Positions 13,613 to 27,700 of a stretch of DNA of 64,000 nucleotides are shown one piece after another; the first letter of the stretch is position 1, and each line of letters begins with the position of its first letter. The stretch covers positions 12,276,001 to 12,340,000 of the forward strand of contig CP075492.1 of NCBI GenBank assembly GCA_021613535.1. Reading direction: 5' to 3'. The position numbers were made by a program, and so were the translations under genes. The notes beneath the pieces were generated by a model that saw only the letters and a list, made by a program, of their open reading frames with translations, was not told the origin of the DNA and ran no database searches. This stretch comes from Adineta vaga. Its lineage: Eukaryota > Animalia > Rotifera.

Positions 13613-15271
13613 TTAGGAAAAAATTCGATGAAGGCCATTTTGTTTCTCTGTATATGCATTGTGTAATCCAGCAAGAAATTCTTCATCATTCTAAAGAATA
13701 GCAACAAAGGAGTTTGATAAAATAAAAATCGTAATATAAGTTACTTGAAGCATGTCAACTAGCAATTGTCGAAGTGTATCTTTAGAAAAACGATTCGTTG
13801 ATGAATTTTGTTGATGTTGACAATGACAACATGAGGATGGTGTTGATGAAGTTTGTATCGGAGCAATGAGAACTATAAATGTAGAATAGTGAAGAAAATG
13901 TTTTTTTATACATGCTTCTCTTCATTACTTGGTGATTGAATAGTACGAACAGTTTGAAATTCGGATGGTGTCATTAAACGACCATGAGTATTCGAATGTG
14001 AATCAAACTAAAGATTCAAAACAGGTATTGAATATAATGCTTTACATTGATCTGTTACTCCATTGTTGCGACTTTGATTAGATATTGACCAATCCGATGT
14101 AGAATTTGGTGAGATTGAATGACGTTGAATAGGAACAGAAGGCTAAATAGAAATAATAATGGTATAATTGTGTTACGTGATGGTTAAATATACCTTAGAT
14201 ATGATTGGTACGGGTTTTACAAGATTATCTCGAGAATGATGATGTTCTTTTGATTTGATTGTTTCCACTGATGATGATGAAGACGGATGAAATAATTGTT
14301 TTTCTAGTTCAGTAACACTTAATGCTGGTTTTCCTAAAATTCCTAGTGTCTTCTTCAATTCTTGTTCACGTTCATCATTATTAGATGACAATGTGGGCGC
14401 ATCTTGTGCCGAGAATAGACGTAACAACGCAGCAGGCATTGCTGTCATTGGATCGATATTTATCGGATCTTGTTTACGTTTCTACGAATAAAACAATTGA
14501 ATGAAAGATGAAACGAAAAAAGAACCAAACAAACGGTTTCTTGAAATTTTTCTTTTGCATTGACAAGTAGAGAGAATATATCTGATGAATCTAGATTTAT
14601 TGTTAAAGATGAATTCTCATTCGATGGTTCCATGTCTTTTGCTTTAATTGTTAATCGTTTTAGACATTCAGTTACACGAGGACAATCTGTTTTCGAAATA
14701 AACCATATTCCATAAATATCTAATAGAAAAATATCTTCATAGATATTCGGGAAAAAAAGACAATGGAAAAGATATAATACCGCCGACATCAACTTTATAC
14801 TGAAGAAATGCTTCATAATTAGGTGAATGTTTAAATTCCATAGATGATTTGATAATTTGTACGAACGTTTCTCGTGAAACAGTACTTAATATAACAAAAC
14901 CATGATAAGGTTCACATGTTCTAGTAAGAACAATCGAACATATTTGTTTACATTCGTGATTAACGATGTTTTTTTTACCTTTCATAGACAAATAATGTGC
15001 CTTCAAGATCTTTGCGTTCCTAGACAGAATGAAAACTACTGTGGAAGAAAAATAAAGTGATTTTGAGTGTTTTTACCCATTCACGTTTATCAGCAAGAAA
15101 TTTATAAACACAAACACGTTGAGCTTGATCGATGATCTTTGTAATATATGGATCACGATTCTGTAATGCTTGAAGATTAATACGATTTAATTGATCTTCT
15201 TCATTGGAATTATCATTGGAAAGAGTTGTTAAACGATTTGAAATTGTTGTTGATGAAATTATCGTTGACAT
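13613..15271 (-). CDS. DCP1: mRNA-decapping enzyme subunit 1
   Basis: N-terminal EVH1 (INLQALQNRDPYITKIIDQAQRVCVYKF..W, EGTLFVYER) and C-terminal trimerisation helix (LRQLLVDMLQNDEEFLAGLHNAY). Confidence 0.9.
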
Positions 15272-15788
15272 TATCGTTAGAGGAATAGACTAGACAATAT
15301 GTAAAGAATTGATTCGATCTATATCATATGAAAATAGGGAGAGAAAAAACGAGATAATCCATACCATTCGGATATAGAAGGTAAACTATGGATCAATATC
15401 GCTTGTTTGTGATTGATAGAAGAGATTCCATGGATTTGTATGCATTCATAATTGCATAGATAGATCTCGAGGTCTAATAAAACCTTGATGACTAATTTGA
15501 GTTATTTTTCATCATGATTTTGTTCTGTTTTTTTCGAGATTTTAGTTGTAAATGATGTATCGATCTTTAGATAAACGAAAGATCAACGATTTGTTACATG
15601 TAGAGTAGAAAATTACGAGTAATTCTATCCATAACCTCGAATATCTTAGAAAAACAGGACCATGATTAGTTTTCTTCTACTTATACCATATAAACAAACA
15701 TCTTTTCCATACATATGATTAAGCCGAATTGACTTTGGAAACAAGTAATTTAAAATTCTGTATTCTTTTCTTCAGATATACTTTTATC

Positions 15789-16706
15789 ATGTCCGCTATT
15801 CGTCCAAGTAAGTCGATAAAGAGACATCGATCTCTTTCTACACCCATACCTCCAACTCGAAAAATGTCCAAACCAACATTAAATCTTCCATCATCACTAT
15901 CATCCGATATTGGTCGTATATTTCATCATGTCATTCTATCCTTTTGTCGTCGTATCATATTCGCTCCACCAACATTGAAAATTCTTGTTTATTTCTCTCT
16001 GATTATTCTTGGACCTTTTCTAAAAGATCTCCATGTTGTATCAAATGCGTCTCTATCTCTCAAAACGAATAGTTTCAATCAATATATCTCACGTATTGGT
16101 TGGACATGGTCTATTCTTTTATTACTTCCATTTGTTTATTTAACAAGTTTAATCTATACACATGGTCATTATGGTTTGATTATTCGTCATTTACTTCGTT
16201 TGTTCATAGCGACTATGATTTGGTATATCAGTACTTCAATATTTATTCGTATTGAATCTTTAACAGGTATGTGTAAGCCAGTTAATATTCGTGGAATTAC
16301 AAGTCGATTTTGTCGTGCGAGTCGATATCAATGGCAAGAAGGGCATACATATTTTCTTCTTTATGCACTTCTTGTTATCAATGAAGAAGTGAAATTTTAT
16401 AGTGATAATTGGAAAAAAATCGAAGATGCTAATAAATATGCGAACAATAATCCTATTGATCAGACTCGTATTCGATTATTTTCAATACCAATTACAATTC
16501 TCTATATGTTATTAGCTATTTTAACTATTCTCTGGGAATTTATGCTTTTATCAACTGTTTTCTATTTATATAACATTTTACATAAGTTAATAGCCGCTTC
16601 TTTTGCAGTTTTCTTTTGGTTTATTACCTATCGTATATGGTATAGACAAAATAGCAGATCGAAATATGTACCGTGTGCCCCCGGTGATGGTTTTATCATT
16701 ATATAA
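15789..16706 (+). CDS. FIT family (FITM2/Scs3-like) ER membrane protein, divergent
   Basis: Multi-TM protein with NQYISRIGWTWS and GHTYFLLYALLVINEE (FIT signature FLLxxxxLxxxEE); coding region intronless. Confidence 0.8.
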   Translation: MSAIRPSKSIKRHRSLSTPIPPTRKMSKPTLNLPSSLSSDIGRIFHHVILSFCRRIIFAPPTLKILVYFSLIILGPFLKDLHVVSNASLSLKTNSFNQYISRIGWTWSILLLLPFVYLTSLIYTHGHYGLIIRHLLRLFIATMIWYISTSIFIRIESLTGMCKPVNIRGITSRFCRASRYQWQEGHTYFLLYALLVINEEVKFYSDNWKKIEDANKYANNNPIDQTRIRLFSIPITILYMLLAILTILWEFMLLSTVFYLYNILHKLIAASFAVFFWFITYRIWYRQNSRSKYVPCAPGDGFIII

Positions 16707-16814
16707 GAGAAGAAAAAAAAGAGTTAAGAATGCATTTATATGTGTGTTTGTTTTATTTTGTATTTTATCTTATTCAATGGAAAAAAAATATAGATATATA
16801 AATGAAGGTACGAA

Positions 16815-18519
16815 TCAAACACGTCGAAGACGATATAATGCAGGTCGAGCATTTAAACGAGATTCCGGTTCATGTTTCCAACAATCTTCAATAATTGTGA
16901 ATACTTGAGAGATTTTCTTCATATGATAAGGAAAATAGAAACGATTACAAAATGAATATTTTTAAAAACAAAGCCACATACCGAATTCATATTTGGTGTA
17001 TAATGAATTACTGGTCGTTTCCTATCGTTAACTACAACTCGATGAAGTATTTCTAAAATTCTATTGTCATTTAATTCATTCGAATTGATATATTCTGCGT
17101 AAGGAAGTTGATACTCAATATCATCTAAACAAAAACAATTTTCAAACAAATCCCACCACTTTTCTTTCTACTTACTCGAATAATCTTGACATTGAGTAAC
17201 AATTTCCCAAAGAACAAGACCAAGTGCATACATATCAACTTTACATAAAGCTTCACTTGTATGCGTAATCGCTAGTTCAAGTAATTCCGGTGCCATATAT
17301 CGATAAGTACCAATCTGAATGAAATCATTCGTTGTTAAAATAGGTGGAAGACATTTCGCTAAACCAAAATCAGTTAAACATAAACTAAGTTCAGAATTAG
17401 ATTTTATTAGAATATTGGAACTTTTAATATCACGATGAATAATAATTGGTTTACGAATACGGTTTGCTGGCGAGTAAATATTTGTTGAAAGATCTTCATA
17501 ATGAAGATAATCAGTTGCATCAAGAAGAGAAAGAAGAAATGTATAACAGGTTGACCACGATAATTTATGAGAATGAAGATAATTTTGAAGAGAACCAAGT
17601 TCATAATATTCAAGTAAAATGTATGGAGATAAACCATACCAACCATGACTAATAAAACTAAAAAACGGAAGGAATATTTTTCTTAAGAATCAAATTGTAT
17701 GACCTGTACGTACCTGACAATAGCTGAATGATGAACTATTCTTAAAATTTGTATTTCATTATCAAAAAGATTTCGATAATCTTGTCCATGATAAACTTTA
17801 ACAGCAACAGGTTTCTTTTCGTATTGAAAATTACCTTTGTCTGTCATCCAAGCACGATATATAATACTCGTTTTTCCATGACTAATAATTGATTGATATG
17901 TTGGATTTGATGAAAGAAATTCATCAATTTCTGCATGTGAAACATTTGTTGAAGTTGTTGAAAGATTCGCCAGTAAAGATCGATTATCTTTGTCATTTTC
18001 TTTATGAAATCCGTGATGTTTAACGATTACAATCAATACAATAATACTTATAAAACTGATAACGAAAATTATAATCATCAATGGAAGAAACCAATTGTTC
18101 TCTTCTTGGTATTTGAATAAAGTTTCATTGTAAGATATTCTATTATATAAATTTTCAGCTGCTTTCCATTTTAATGTACAATTATCCGAATTACATCGAC
18201 ATAGAAGATTATTACCAGTTTGATCAACATCCAGAATACATTCTGTTATATTCAAATATTTACCTTCGAAATCATCAAGCATCGCTAGTTGACGAATGCG
18301 TATGAGATGTGTTTTTGTTTTCGAATCATTATCAATAGTATAAATACCTAAACAACGACGTGTGATCGATTGTGTTGTAATATATGTGCATAAGGAGACA
18401 TTTTTATCACAGGAAGGAAGTGTACTAGTTTCATTATTAAAAATATTGTAAACTGGACATATGAGTGATGTAGTCGTTGAAATAATGAGAAAGATAGAAA
18501 GGTTTAGAAGAAGAAACAT
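16815..18519 (-). CDS. TGF-beta/BMP/activin type II receptor Ser/Thr kinase
   Basis: Signal peptide, Cys-rich ectodomain ending CRCNSDNC, TM helix, no GS box; kinase motifs VAVK, HRDIKSSNIL, DFGLA, GTYRYMAPELLE, EDCWKHEPESRL. Confidence 0.9.
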
Positions 18520-19321
18520 ATTGACCACGGGTCAATAGGAGAAAAGAATGAAATTAAGAAAATATTGATCGTCAGAAAATTAGCTTTGTTAGGAAAACGA
18601 ACGAATGATTGATCAATTCATTGAGAGATACACTACTGTCATCTATAGAAGATATTTCTCAGTTAATTGAGGAAAGATTCTTGTATTCCTTAAAGATAAT
18701 GTTGTTCTGTATTGATACTGTGTGTTTTCTTCAAAATACTCTATTGTTCATCCTGCTGCTGCTGCTACTTCTTCTTCTTCCAGTCATTAATATTTTCAAT
18801 TCGATTAACATTCGAAATTAGTTTCAGCAATGTGATCGACTAATACGTTACTGGGAAGAAATTATGTACTTCAACATTTTTTGTCTCTACTTCCGTTTCA
18901 GATTTGATATTAACGTACTAGTTTACTTCCTGTGATTGCGTAACATGTTTTTCTAAAGAAGAAAATACAGGTAAGTCATAGAAATTATCTTCAACGTACA
19001 CTGCAGTCAAGTGTGACGAGAATGTTTTGCATTCTTTTTCTTTTTATGGTGAAAATACCATTAATATTTAATCTGATGTAATGGTTACATATATAAGTTA
19101 TAATTTCTAATAACCATCAACAAGATAAAAAATATTCGTTCATAATATTTTTCTTTCAGATCTGTATTTGATGGCTTCAGAAACTGTTTTTTCTCTATCA
19201 AAAGATAATGATATGTCTACATTACATATTAAGACCAATCAGACGAAACAAACTACTTCGAATTCATATCAAAAGTAATGAATCAATTTTTTTTCGAATT
19301 CTTCAGAATAAAGTTTACTTT

Positions 19322-21095
19322 ATGTTCAGTTCTAGTTATCTTGAAATGCTTCCAAATGAAATCTTTCCTATCATCTTTACCAACTTACACCACAATGATA
19401 TTTTTCATATTTTTTTCGATCTCAATCAACGTTTTCGATCTTTAGTTACTGAATTCACGACTCATCTTACAATTGATAACAATGAATCACCTAAATGGAT
19501 TGATAGATGTATGCCATACATTGAAAATAACATAAAAACGATGAAACTACGTGGCCATCATATTCCATATGTGTTCACATTGAAATATTCATACTCAAAT
19601 CTTCGTTCAATCACTATTACTTCGAAGGGTCGTTATGAATGGCTAATGGAACTAATTATAGTGGATAATTTACCTGTGATAGATGTTATCAATGCATTGA
19701 ATGTTCTCCATATTAGTCGTTTCGAAGTCCATCCTTCATACTATCCATATATGTACGAAAAGGTAAGATGATAATTTAGCATTCACTACTGCTATAATTT
19801 GAGAATCTCTACATTTTAGGCAAACAGCTCAATTTTTTATAATTGGTCACAAAACTTTGTTGACATGATACCATGTCCTGCTGTTCGACGTTTATGGTGC
19901 AACGATTGTGTGGAAGATATGTTATTCTGGTTAGGTGCTCTTGCACCTAAGTTAACTTGTCTCGAACTTCCTTGTCTTTATCCAGATATAAGGACTTGTG
20001 ATTCAATTGCTTTGGTCTCTCATATTAGCACTCCACGATATTTGACTGAAATCAATATTATACTGGATAGTCAAGGATCTTTTTTTCGTTGGTCAGATTA
20101 TAACAATTTTCAAACGTTTATTCAATGTTATCAATCATCACTAAAACGAGTGATATTAGATTTTAATACTGATGTAATAACAGATGGTCGTTGGTTAGAG
20201 TCCTTATTCTCTCCATGTCCACATCTTGAATATTTTTCATTTATTAATCAATGCAAATCAAAGGATATTGACATAGATGATTTAGTACAATCATTTAAAA
20301 GTGAATGGTGGCTCGATATTTGTCGTCCACCAGTATTTATTCATAAGAATATTTCCAATAAGATACTTATTGCTTCAATGCCCTGTTCATTTAACTTCTA
20401 TTTCGAGTTTTCGACTGATTTCAATACGTGGTACCTGAACAAAGAACAAATCGAATCATCACTTATTCGCTTTACTAAAAAACCATTACTAACTATTACA
20501 AATACATTACCATTTACTATGAAGACATTGGAACTTTTCAGTCATATATTTAGTGTGACAAACCAAATATTATGGTGTACGAATTGGGAATTACTCGAAG
20601 CAAATGATTTATTCGAACAAGTTAGTAAAACTTTGTTTTCTGTACTAATATATACATTATTTAACTAAAAATTCTCTGATTCTATATGGGAAATGTCAAC
20701 TATAGTTTCTTTCAATTTCTAATTATATATTATTGTTTTTCTAGCTTACGAATGGTACATTAACACAACCGATATTACCAAATGTAAAACGAATGGTTAT
20801 CAATCATTCATCAGGCATAACTGCATTATCATTTGCAGTATGGCTTCTTTTAGCACCTAATATACGAACGATCATCTTCGAAACAAATCGTAAAATAGAC
20901 AATCAAAGTGAACAGTGGAAATGGTTATGCGAACTCAGTGATGCTCTTTTAAATGCTAACGAATATGAAAAGACGATCTTTAAACGTATTAAGAAGGTAG
21001 AATCAACATGTCACGATAAAAATATCTCTCATTATGAATGGTCACTGAAGATGGAAACATTGATTGAAACCATATTTCCAGAAGCGAATTTATAA
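19322..21095 (+). CDS. F-box/LRR-like protein, 3 exons
   Basis: N-terminal LEMLPNEIFPIIFTNL..FFDLNQRFRSL F-box followed by degenerate LRR-like repeats. Confidence 0.75.
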
Positions 21096-21229
21096 TTTTC
21101 TATCTTTTATGTTTTATGTTTTAAGCATTTTAAAAGAATCTGTTCCGAGTATCTCTAATGTTAATTGTTTTGAAGATCGTGATAAATATTCTACTCTAGT
21201 ACATTTTATTTTCGATACTGAACATTTCT

Positions 21230-22203
21230 CTAGATTAATAACGATGATCTTTGAATGACTCGATGATGAAAATGATAACAAAGTATATAGATAAAAAATA
21301 TAATCAATAAAATTAGAATAATCGCCGTAAAAATAAAGATATATGTAATGAGATGAGTTGCTCTTCGAATTGCTAATAAGATCTTTTGATAATGTTCATC
21401 AAATAATAATTGATATTCCGATACATGAGTAGTTGTTTCAAGTATTTTTTCTTGATCAATCGATAAAACAACATGAAAATCAGGTATTTCAGTTGAATTC
21501 TCATCGTCATTTTCCTGAACTTTTGTATCAAGAGATTTGTATCTAGAAAAGAAGAAATCGTTTGAGATTTTTCTTTTATTTTATAAGTTAACAAAACAAA
21601 CTTTGGAAAGAAATGACATTGACCTGATTGAATCTGAAGAGTTTTGCTTTCGAATGACATACAATTACTTTGTAAAACATCATTCCATGTAAAATTATCA
21701 TAAATAAAAAATTGACATTGATTTATTTGTACAAGAAATTCAATAGATTGATTAGTAAATATATTTAAAGATTCAAATGGAATATAAAATGCATTGATAA
21801 GAATAAATCGTTGATCATATTGATTTATTTCACTTTTATAATCTTTGATTTGAATTTGATGATTAATTATTAGAGATATATTAATTTGATTGGAATTTAT
21901 TGACATTGGCCAAGTTTCATATTGATATAAATCAATAATAATCCAGATTAATCGTGATTGAGAACGACAAAGAAATGTTAAATCAATTTCGATGGGTAAA
22001 ATTTCAATAGATAATGATGATGATGGACACTTGTATGGCACAAGTATTTGATTATTTAATGGAGGTTGAAGACTTTGGGTAAAATTTTGTTCACAATGAA
22101 TATACCATTGTGTATGATGATTTATAATACCAATTGGATGATGCATATTTGCATTATTAGAAATAGGAAATATGAAGAGGAAAAGAAAAGATAAAACAAT
22201 CAT
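21230..22203 (-). CDS. Uncharacterised single-pass (type I) membrane protein, 2 exons
   Basis: Signal peptide MIVLSFLFLFIFPISNN; after the intron near 21543-21601 the frame continues to a hydrophobic TM (LITYIFIFTAIILILLIIFFIYILC) and a short tail. Confidence 0.65.
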
Positions 22204-23685
22204 TCAATATGTTTGCCAGATTGGATTATTATTCGAACTAAAACAAACGAATTGAAACATGTAAGTACAACAACAAAAAAAAAGATGAAAAAGAAAAGTC
22301 TCGTATTAAACTGAATGATCACATAGTCAGTTGACTTGTCTAGTCATCGATGATATCTGACGATGTCAATTGCTTTCGATAGAGAGACTAAATATGATTG
22401 TCAATGATCACGTCACACTTCGTTTCTTTTCTTAATATGACACCTCACTTAGTACAAATCTTGATAATACACACATATCTTTCTCTTTTCAAGTATAAAT
22501 GTATCTATCCGAGAAAATTAGTTCAATTGATTCAGTGAATGAATAGAGATCAATATCATGCTTAATAGTAAGACTACAGAGAAGTTCGACTATGAATAGA
22601 ATATATTCTGTTATGTTTACTCAATTGGACTAACAAGAAAAGGATAAAAAAAGAAAGGAAACAATAATAATATTTGATTATATGTTTCTCATTACGTACA
22701 CATTGATGATCTACTTTTTCAATATATAACAGTTAGAATATCTACTCTCTTAAAAGTTCAAATTGACATACAATATTTTTATAATTCATTGTGTTTAATT
22801 TTGATTGACAAGACACACTTGAGTTAATTAAATGGAATAGATCCAAGAAGAAAATCTGTTAGGATTTTATTATGTCTGAATATGTTGTCAAATAATGAAG
22901 CAATAGAATGCTTTATTGAGGTCTATAAATAAATAAATACCATACTATTGGAAAGACTACAAAAACATAGTGAAGTTATTAAGATAATCAAACCATAAAC
23001 AAAGAAATCAATGTGATAAGGACATATTTGTACTTATTGATAGATTGATATCGTCAGAAATATTTTGAGTCGATTGCTGTTTTAAATCACTATCATAAAA
23101 AATATAGGAAAGTGTTATTTTTCGTTCTTGTTCTTTTTGTAATCTATTTACAAGAAAATCCATTAATTTCTTAATGATAAAATGTATTTATTGCATAAAT
23201 CTATCAACACATCATTGTACCATATCATGTTACAGTATGATTTAGCAAAAAAAAGACAAAATCATGGAAGAAATCGATTGAAACAGATGAGATCATTATG
23301 TACTTTAAAAGTAATGATTAAATTTGTTACAAGCAACTGTCATATTCATCAGAATTCTAATTTGACATTCATCGATAAATACTCGTTCCAATCAAAACAT
23401 CTAATCATCTTTTAAGTAGATGTTTAGTATATGAATTGTATCAATGAATATCTGATTACTAGATATTCTTTTACAAGATGAGAATTTACTTAATCTCTAC
23501 AAATAGATCGATTGTAATAACTTGTATACAATTTTCATTACGATATATTATACGTTTCATCGTTCTCTCTCGCTCTCAATGAAGGAGCAGACAAACCGAT
23601 GTAAAATGAGTATTGATACTTTTCTTATCAATGAATAGAAAAACCATCGATTTAAGTTACATTATTCGTTTATTTTGTGTTAAGA

Positions 23686-24396
23686 ATGAGTGGAGGAATT
23701 CTTGTTCTTCTACTTCCAATATTTTTTATTTTTAGTTTAATTATTAATCAACAATCGAATGAGTTAGAGGATGTCATTCCTCACCGATGGAAATATAACA
23801 TTCCAATTCAAGTTAATAATCGAGTTAATGTCGAATTTTTTGTTATGTCAAAATGTCCTGATGCAAAAAAATGTGAAATATCATTTTCTCCAAGTTTGTT
23901 AAAACTTTCTTCAATTATCAATTTTACTCTATCGTTTATTGCCTTGGAATCTGAAACAAATCATTTCGAATGTATGCATGGTATTGATGAATGTATAGGT
24001 AATCGACAACAATTATGTATACAAAATATGTATTCAACATCGGTATTTATTCAATATCTTCGATGTCAAGCAAAAGAGTTCTATACAATACCACGGAATG
24101 GTGAACGTTGTGCAAATGAAACGTCGAAAAATATTATCAATTGGTCAGATGTGGAAAGGTGTGTGACATCGGAAAGATCGAATGATTTATTTCATCGATC
24201 ATTAGAACGAACACGTTTAGCATTAGCAAAAAAATCCTGTACAATTCATTTGAATGGTGTCTTTTGGTGTATGCATGATGGTTATTGGAATGATTGTAAG
24301 GAAGGATATGATGAGAAAAGTTTTATTAAAGCAATTTGTTCAAGATATAATGGAACAAATAAACCAATCGAATGTCGAAACATCGATTCGAATTGA
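23686..24396 (+). CDS. GILT (gamma-interferon-inducible lysosomal thiol reductase) family protein, fungal-type
   Basis: VMSKCPDA active-site region, CMHGIDECIGN GILT signature, C-terminal KSCTIHLNG..WC..DG.W.DC; intronless. Confidence 0.85.
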   Translation: MSGGILVLLLPIFFIFSLIINQQSNELEDVIPHRWKYNIPIQVNNRVNVEFFVMSKCPDAKKCEISFSPSLLKLSSIINFTLSFIALESETNHFECMHGIDECIGNRQQLCIQNMYSTSVFIQYLRCQAKEFYTIPRNGERCANETSKNIINWSDVERCVTSERSNDLFHRSLERTRLALAKKSCTIHLNGVFWCMHDGYWNDCKEGYDEKSFIKAICSRYNGTNKPIECRNIDSN

Positions 24397-24717
24397 AATT
24401 TAGAAACTTTGTATGCCATTTGCTGGGTAGTTTATTTAATAATATTGCTGGAAAATATTCATTTTGTTTTTGTGATTCTTAGCTTACTTTCCGATGTTTT
24501 GTAGTGTGAATGAATAAAAATTCAGTGATTTGAATCGAGAACTATAGAAAAATGTTTGTAAAAAACAATTTACTCATTTCCAAGACAGTCCACGTCTTAA
24601 TTTCGCAATATATTTTTAATATCGAGCCAATAAAGTAAAGAAGCGTGTTGTATTTCTATTGGTTAGTAGAAATATGCGGTACACCTTTTTTATGAGTTTA
24701 TTTATGTAAAGTAGAAG

Positions 24718-27700
24718 ATGAGTAAGTCAGTTGGAATGATGGAAAAAAAGAGTAGAATTACTCATCGAGCTAATGAGACAAAGGTATGACGTGGTCTCTT
24801 CTTGCTGTACCAATAAAATTCGAAATAATTTGCTTTTCTCTGGGTTTTTCGATGCTATATAAGCAATTGAAAGTTAATAATTCTATTAATTGAACAGATT
24901 TTTTCTGAAGAATTATATTTTATCATGTTTTTGCAATTGGCATATGAATTTTTCTAATCGTAAGTTGTAGATTATCAGTTGATTTGATCAAATTATCTTT
25001 ATATAGGACATAGAAACATCGTATCTATATTCATAGCACCAAATACTGAGGTTACCTTCTGTACTGAACTTTCTAAGGAAGATTTAGTGGAAAGAAAAAC
25101 ACTGAATGGATTTGGCCTCTACGTTTTTAAGAAAACATATCGCCAACCAAGGCATAAATCCACTAAACAATTATCATCTGTATGGCTTCTCTTCAATCCT
25201 TGTGCAGAATTGAAGAATTGTAGAAATAATAAAAGATATGACAGAATCGTTTTCGAACAATACACTGTTACGTTAGTATTTGGTGCCCTCACATTACCAT
25301 ACGTGTTTCAATGTGCGGGGCCGAAATTTTTGTATAAAAAGCATCGACATTCTACATGGAATATTTATTTCGCCCGACATGATTCGTTTATTACCATTAA
25401 TATGAATAATATGGTATTTAAATTAAAACACGATCATATTGATATGAATCGTGGGGTTATTATCGATACAACGACCACATCGGATTTTACATTATATGTT
25501 TGCTTGAAAAATAATCTCGACGAATATATATCACAAAATCAAACACAAGGTATATCGTCTGACGAGAAGAGTAAAAGGTTTAATTTTCTTTTCCTCTTCA
25601 AATAAACTGAGTATAGGACACGTGTTTTTATATTTTTATTTACTTATATATGTCAAAAGACTAGCATGATGAAATCTTTTTGTTCTTCTCGGTAGACTGT
25701 ACACGTCGATTTTACCTACCAAACACGTGTGATGGAAAATGGCAACCGTCTTTCTCCACACTACGCTTTTCGATTCATAGTAAAGACCAGAACACACTTA
25801 TCAATGATCAATGTTTAAAATATTTTATTCAATATTTTACTCACCATTCTATTCCAATATATTTCGGATCGATTAACTTTCTGGATAATGTCTATATTTA
25901 TGAAAATGATGTATTATTCTCTACATATAGTTTTATCATTCAGTATGGTTGGTATATGCTTACCAGTATCAATTGTCGGATATATCATCAAATGGTTAGT
26001 AATGTCAGAGGAATGGAACAGATATTACAATTGGCTAATGAAAATGATGATCAACGTTTTTATTATGTTATGGAACGATTACAACGATTGGCAACCGCTC
26101 CGGAAAATTATTTTCTTGATCTTCCGAGCAAATTGCCTGATATTTTATGTGAGTACGAAGAATTCTACTTATATAGTACCTATTATAAAATGGATCAATG
26201 TTGGGAGAATTATGTTCGTATTCCATGGTTTCGTTTCACACCAACACGTCGTCTTATTAATCCATTTAAATTCATGAAATCCAATCGAGTATTTCGATAT
26301 GTGAAAAACGTAACAAAATGTATGGCATTTGTTGATTTCCGTGATGATACTGGTTCAGAATTTATTTCGTCAGAACTTATTCCATTTTTGGAATATTATC
26401 TTCGACATGGTTTTCATTTTGCCAATCGTCATTATGTCTACTTGCATCATGCTCAATCCCAAGTACGAAAGAAACAATTTTATTTCTATTGTGAAGAAGA
26501 AGGTGATATGACACGAGAAGAATTAGAGAAATGGATGGGCGATTTTGATGTCGAAAAAGTACCAGCAAAGAATACTGCTCGTCGTACTCAACCATTTTCA
26601 AGTACGGATGATACTATTGAAGTAAAAATGAACAAAGACTTTTTTGTGTAAGAAAAATAGATTTTTGTGTTGTAGATTAATGGAAATATAGTCGATACTA
26701 TTTCGGATATAAAAACAGATGACAAAAAGTATAATTTTACCGATGGTGTTGGACAAATTTCCTCAGAATTGAATCTTGAAGTAAGTAAATCATTTCTATA
26801 GTTTAAAAGTGCTATTCTTTCTGTTGTTTGTTTCAGATACATTATGCGCTTGGCATCGATATCGATAATGATGGATATATTTCAAGTGTTTTACAAATTC
26901 GTTATGGGGGTTGTAAAGGTACTCTTGCTGTTAATCCTCAATTAGATGAACAGGATAAGCAATTGTTAATTCGGCCAAGTATGAAGAAATTTGAATGTAA
27001 ACATACAAGATTGGAAGTATGCAAACGTTCATTGAGACGTAAGATTCTTTCGTTTGTCTTTTTTATTATTATACTAACGTATCAAACTATTTCTAAAAAT
27101 AGGAAACACTTACAAGTAAATTTAAATTGCTATATTCTATTTTTCAGGACGTTTATGTTTGAATCGAGAAGTAATCAATTTACTTTCATACCGTGGCATA
27201 TCTTCCGAGTGTTTACTTATATATCAGCTACAAAACATTCGTTGGTTAATTGAAGCTTTAATCTTCAACCGATCAGCTCTCGTTGTATTCCAAGAAAAAG
27301 TTCTTCATATTTTACCATGGTCAGAAATCTCCAGTCATCAATGTTTATACAAAGAACCATTTTTTCGTCGTCTTTTACTTAAAACAATATTTAATAATTT
27401 ACATCAATTGGTTACTCGAGCACATATTCGTGTTCCACAAGCACGTTATATGTTTGGAATAGTTGATGAATATCGAGTCTTACAACGAGAAGAAGTATTT
27501 GTTCAAATCACATATGAAGACGGAACTAAAATAGTTTTAGAAGGACCTATTGCTATTACAAAAAATCCATGTCATCATCCAGGAGATCTACTAGTTCTAC
27601 AAGCTGTTAATAAGAAATGTCTTCATCATCTATATGATGTTTTAGTCTTTCCTCAACAAGGTTCCCGACCACATTCAAGTGAGATATCTGGATCAGATCT

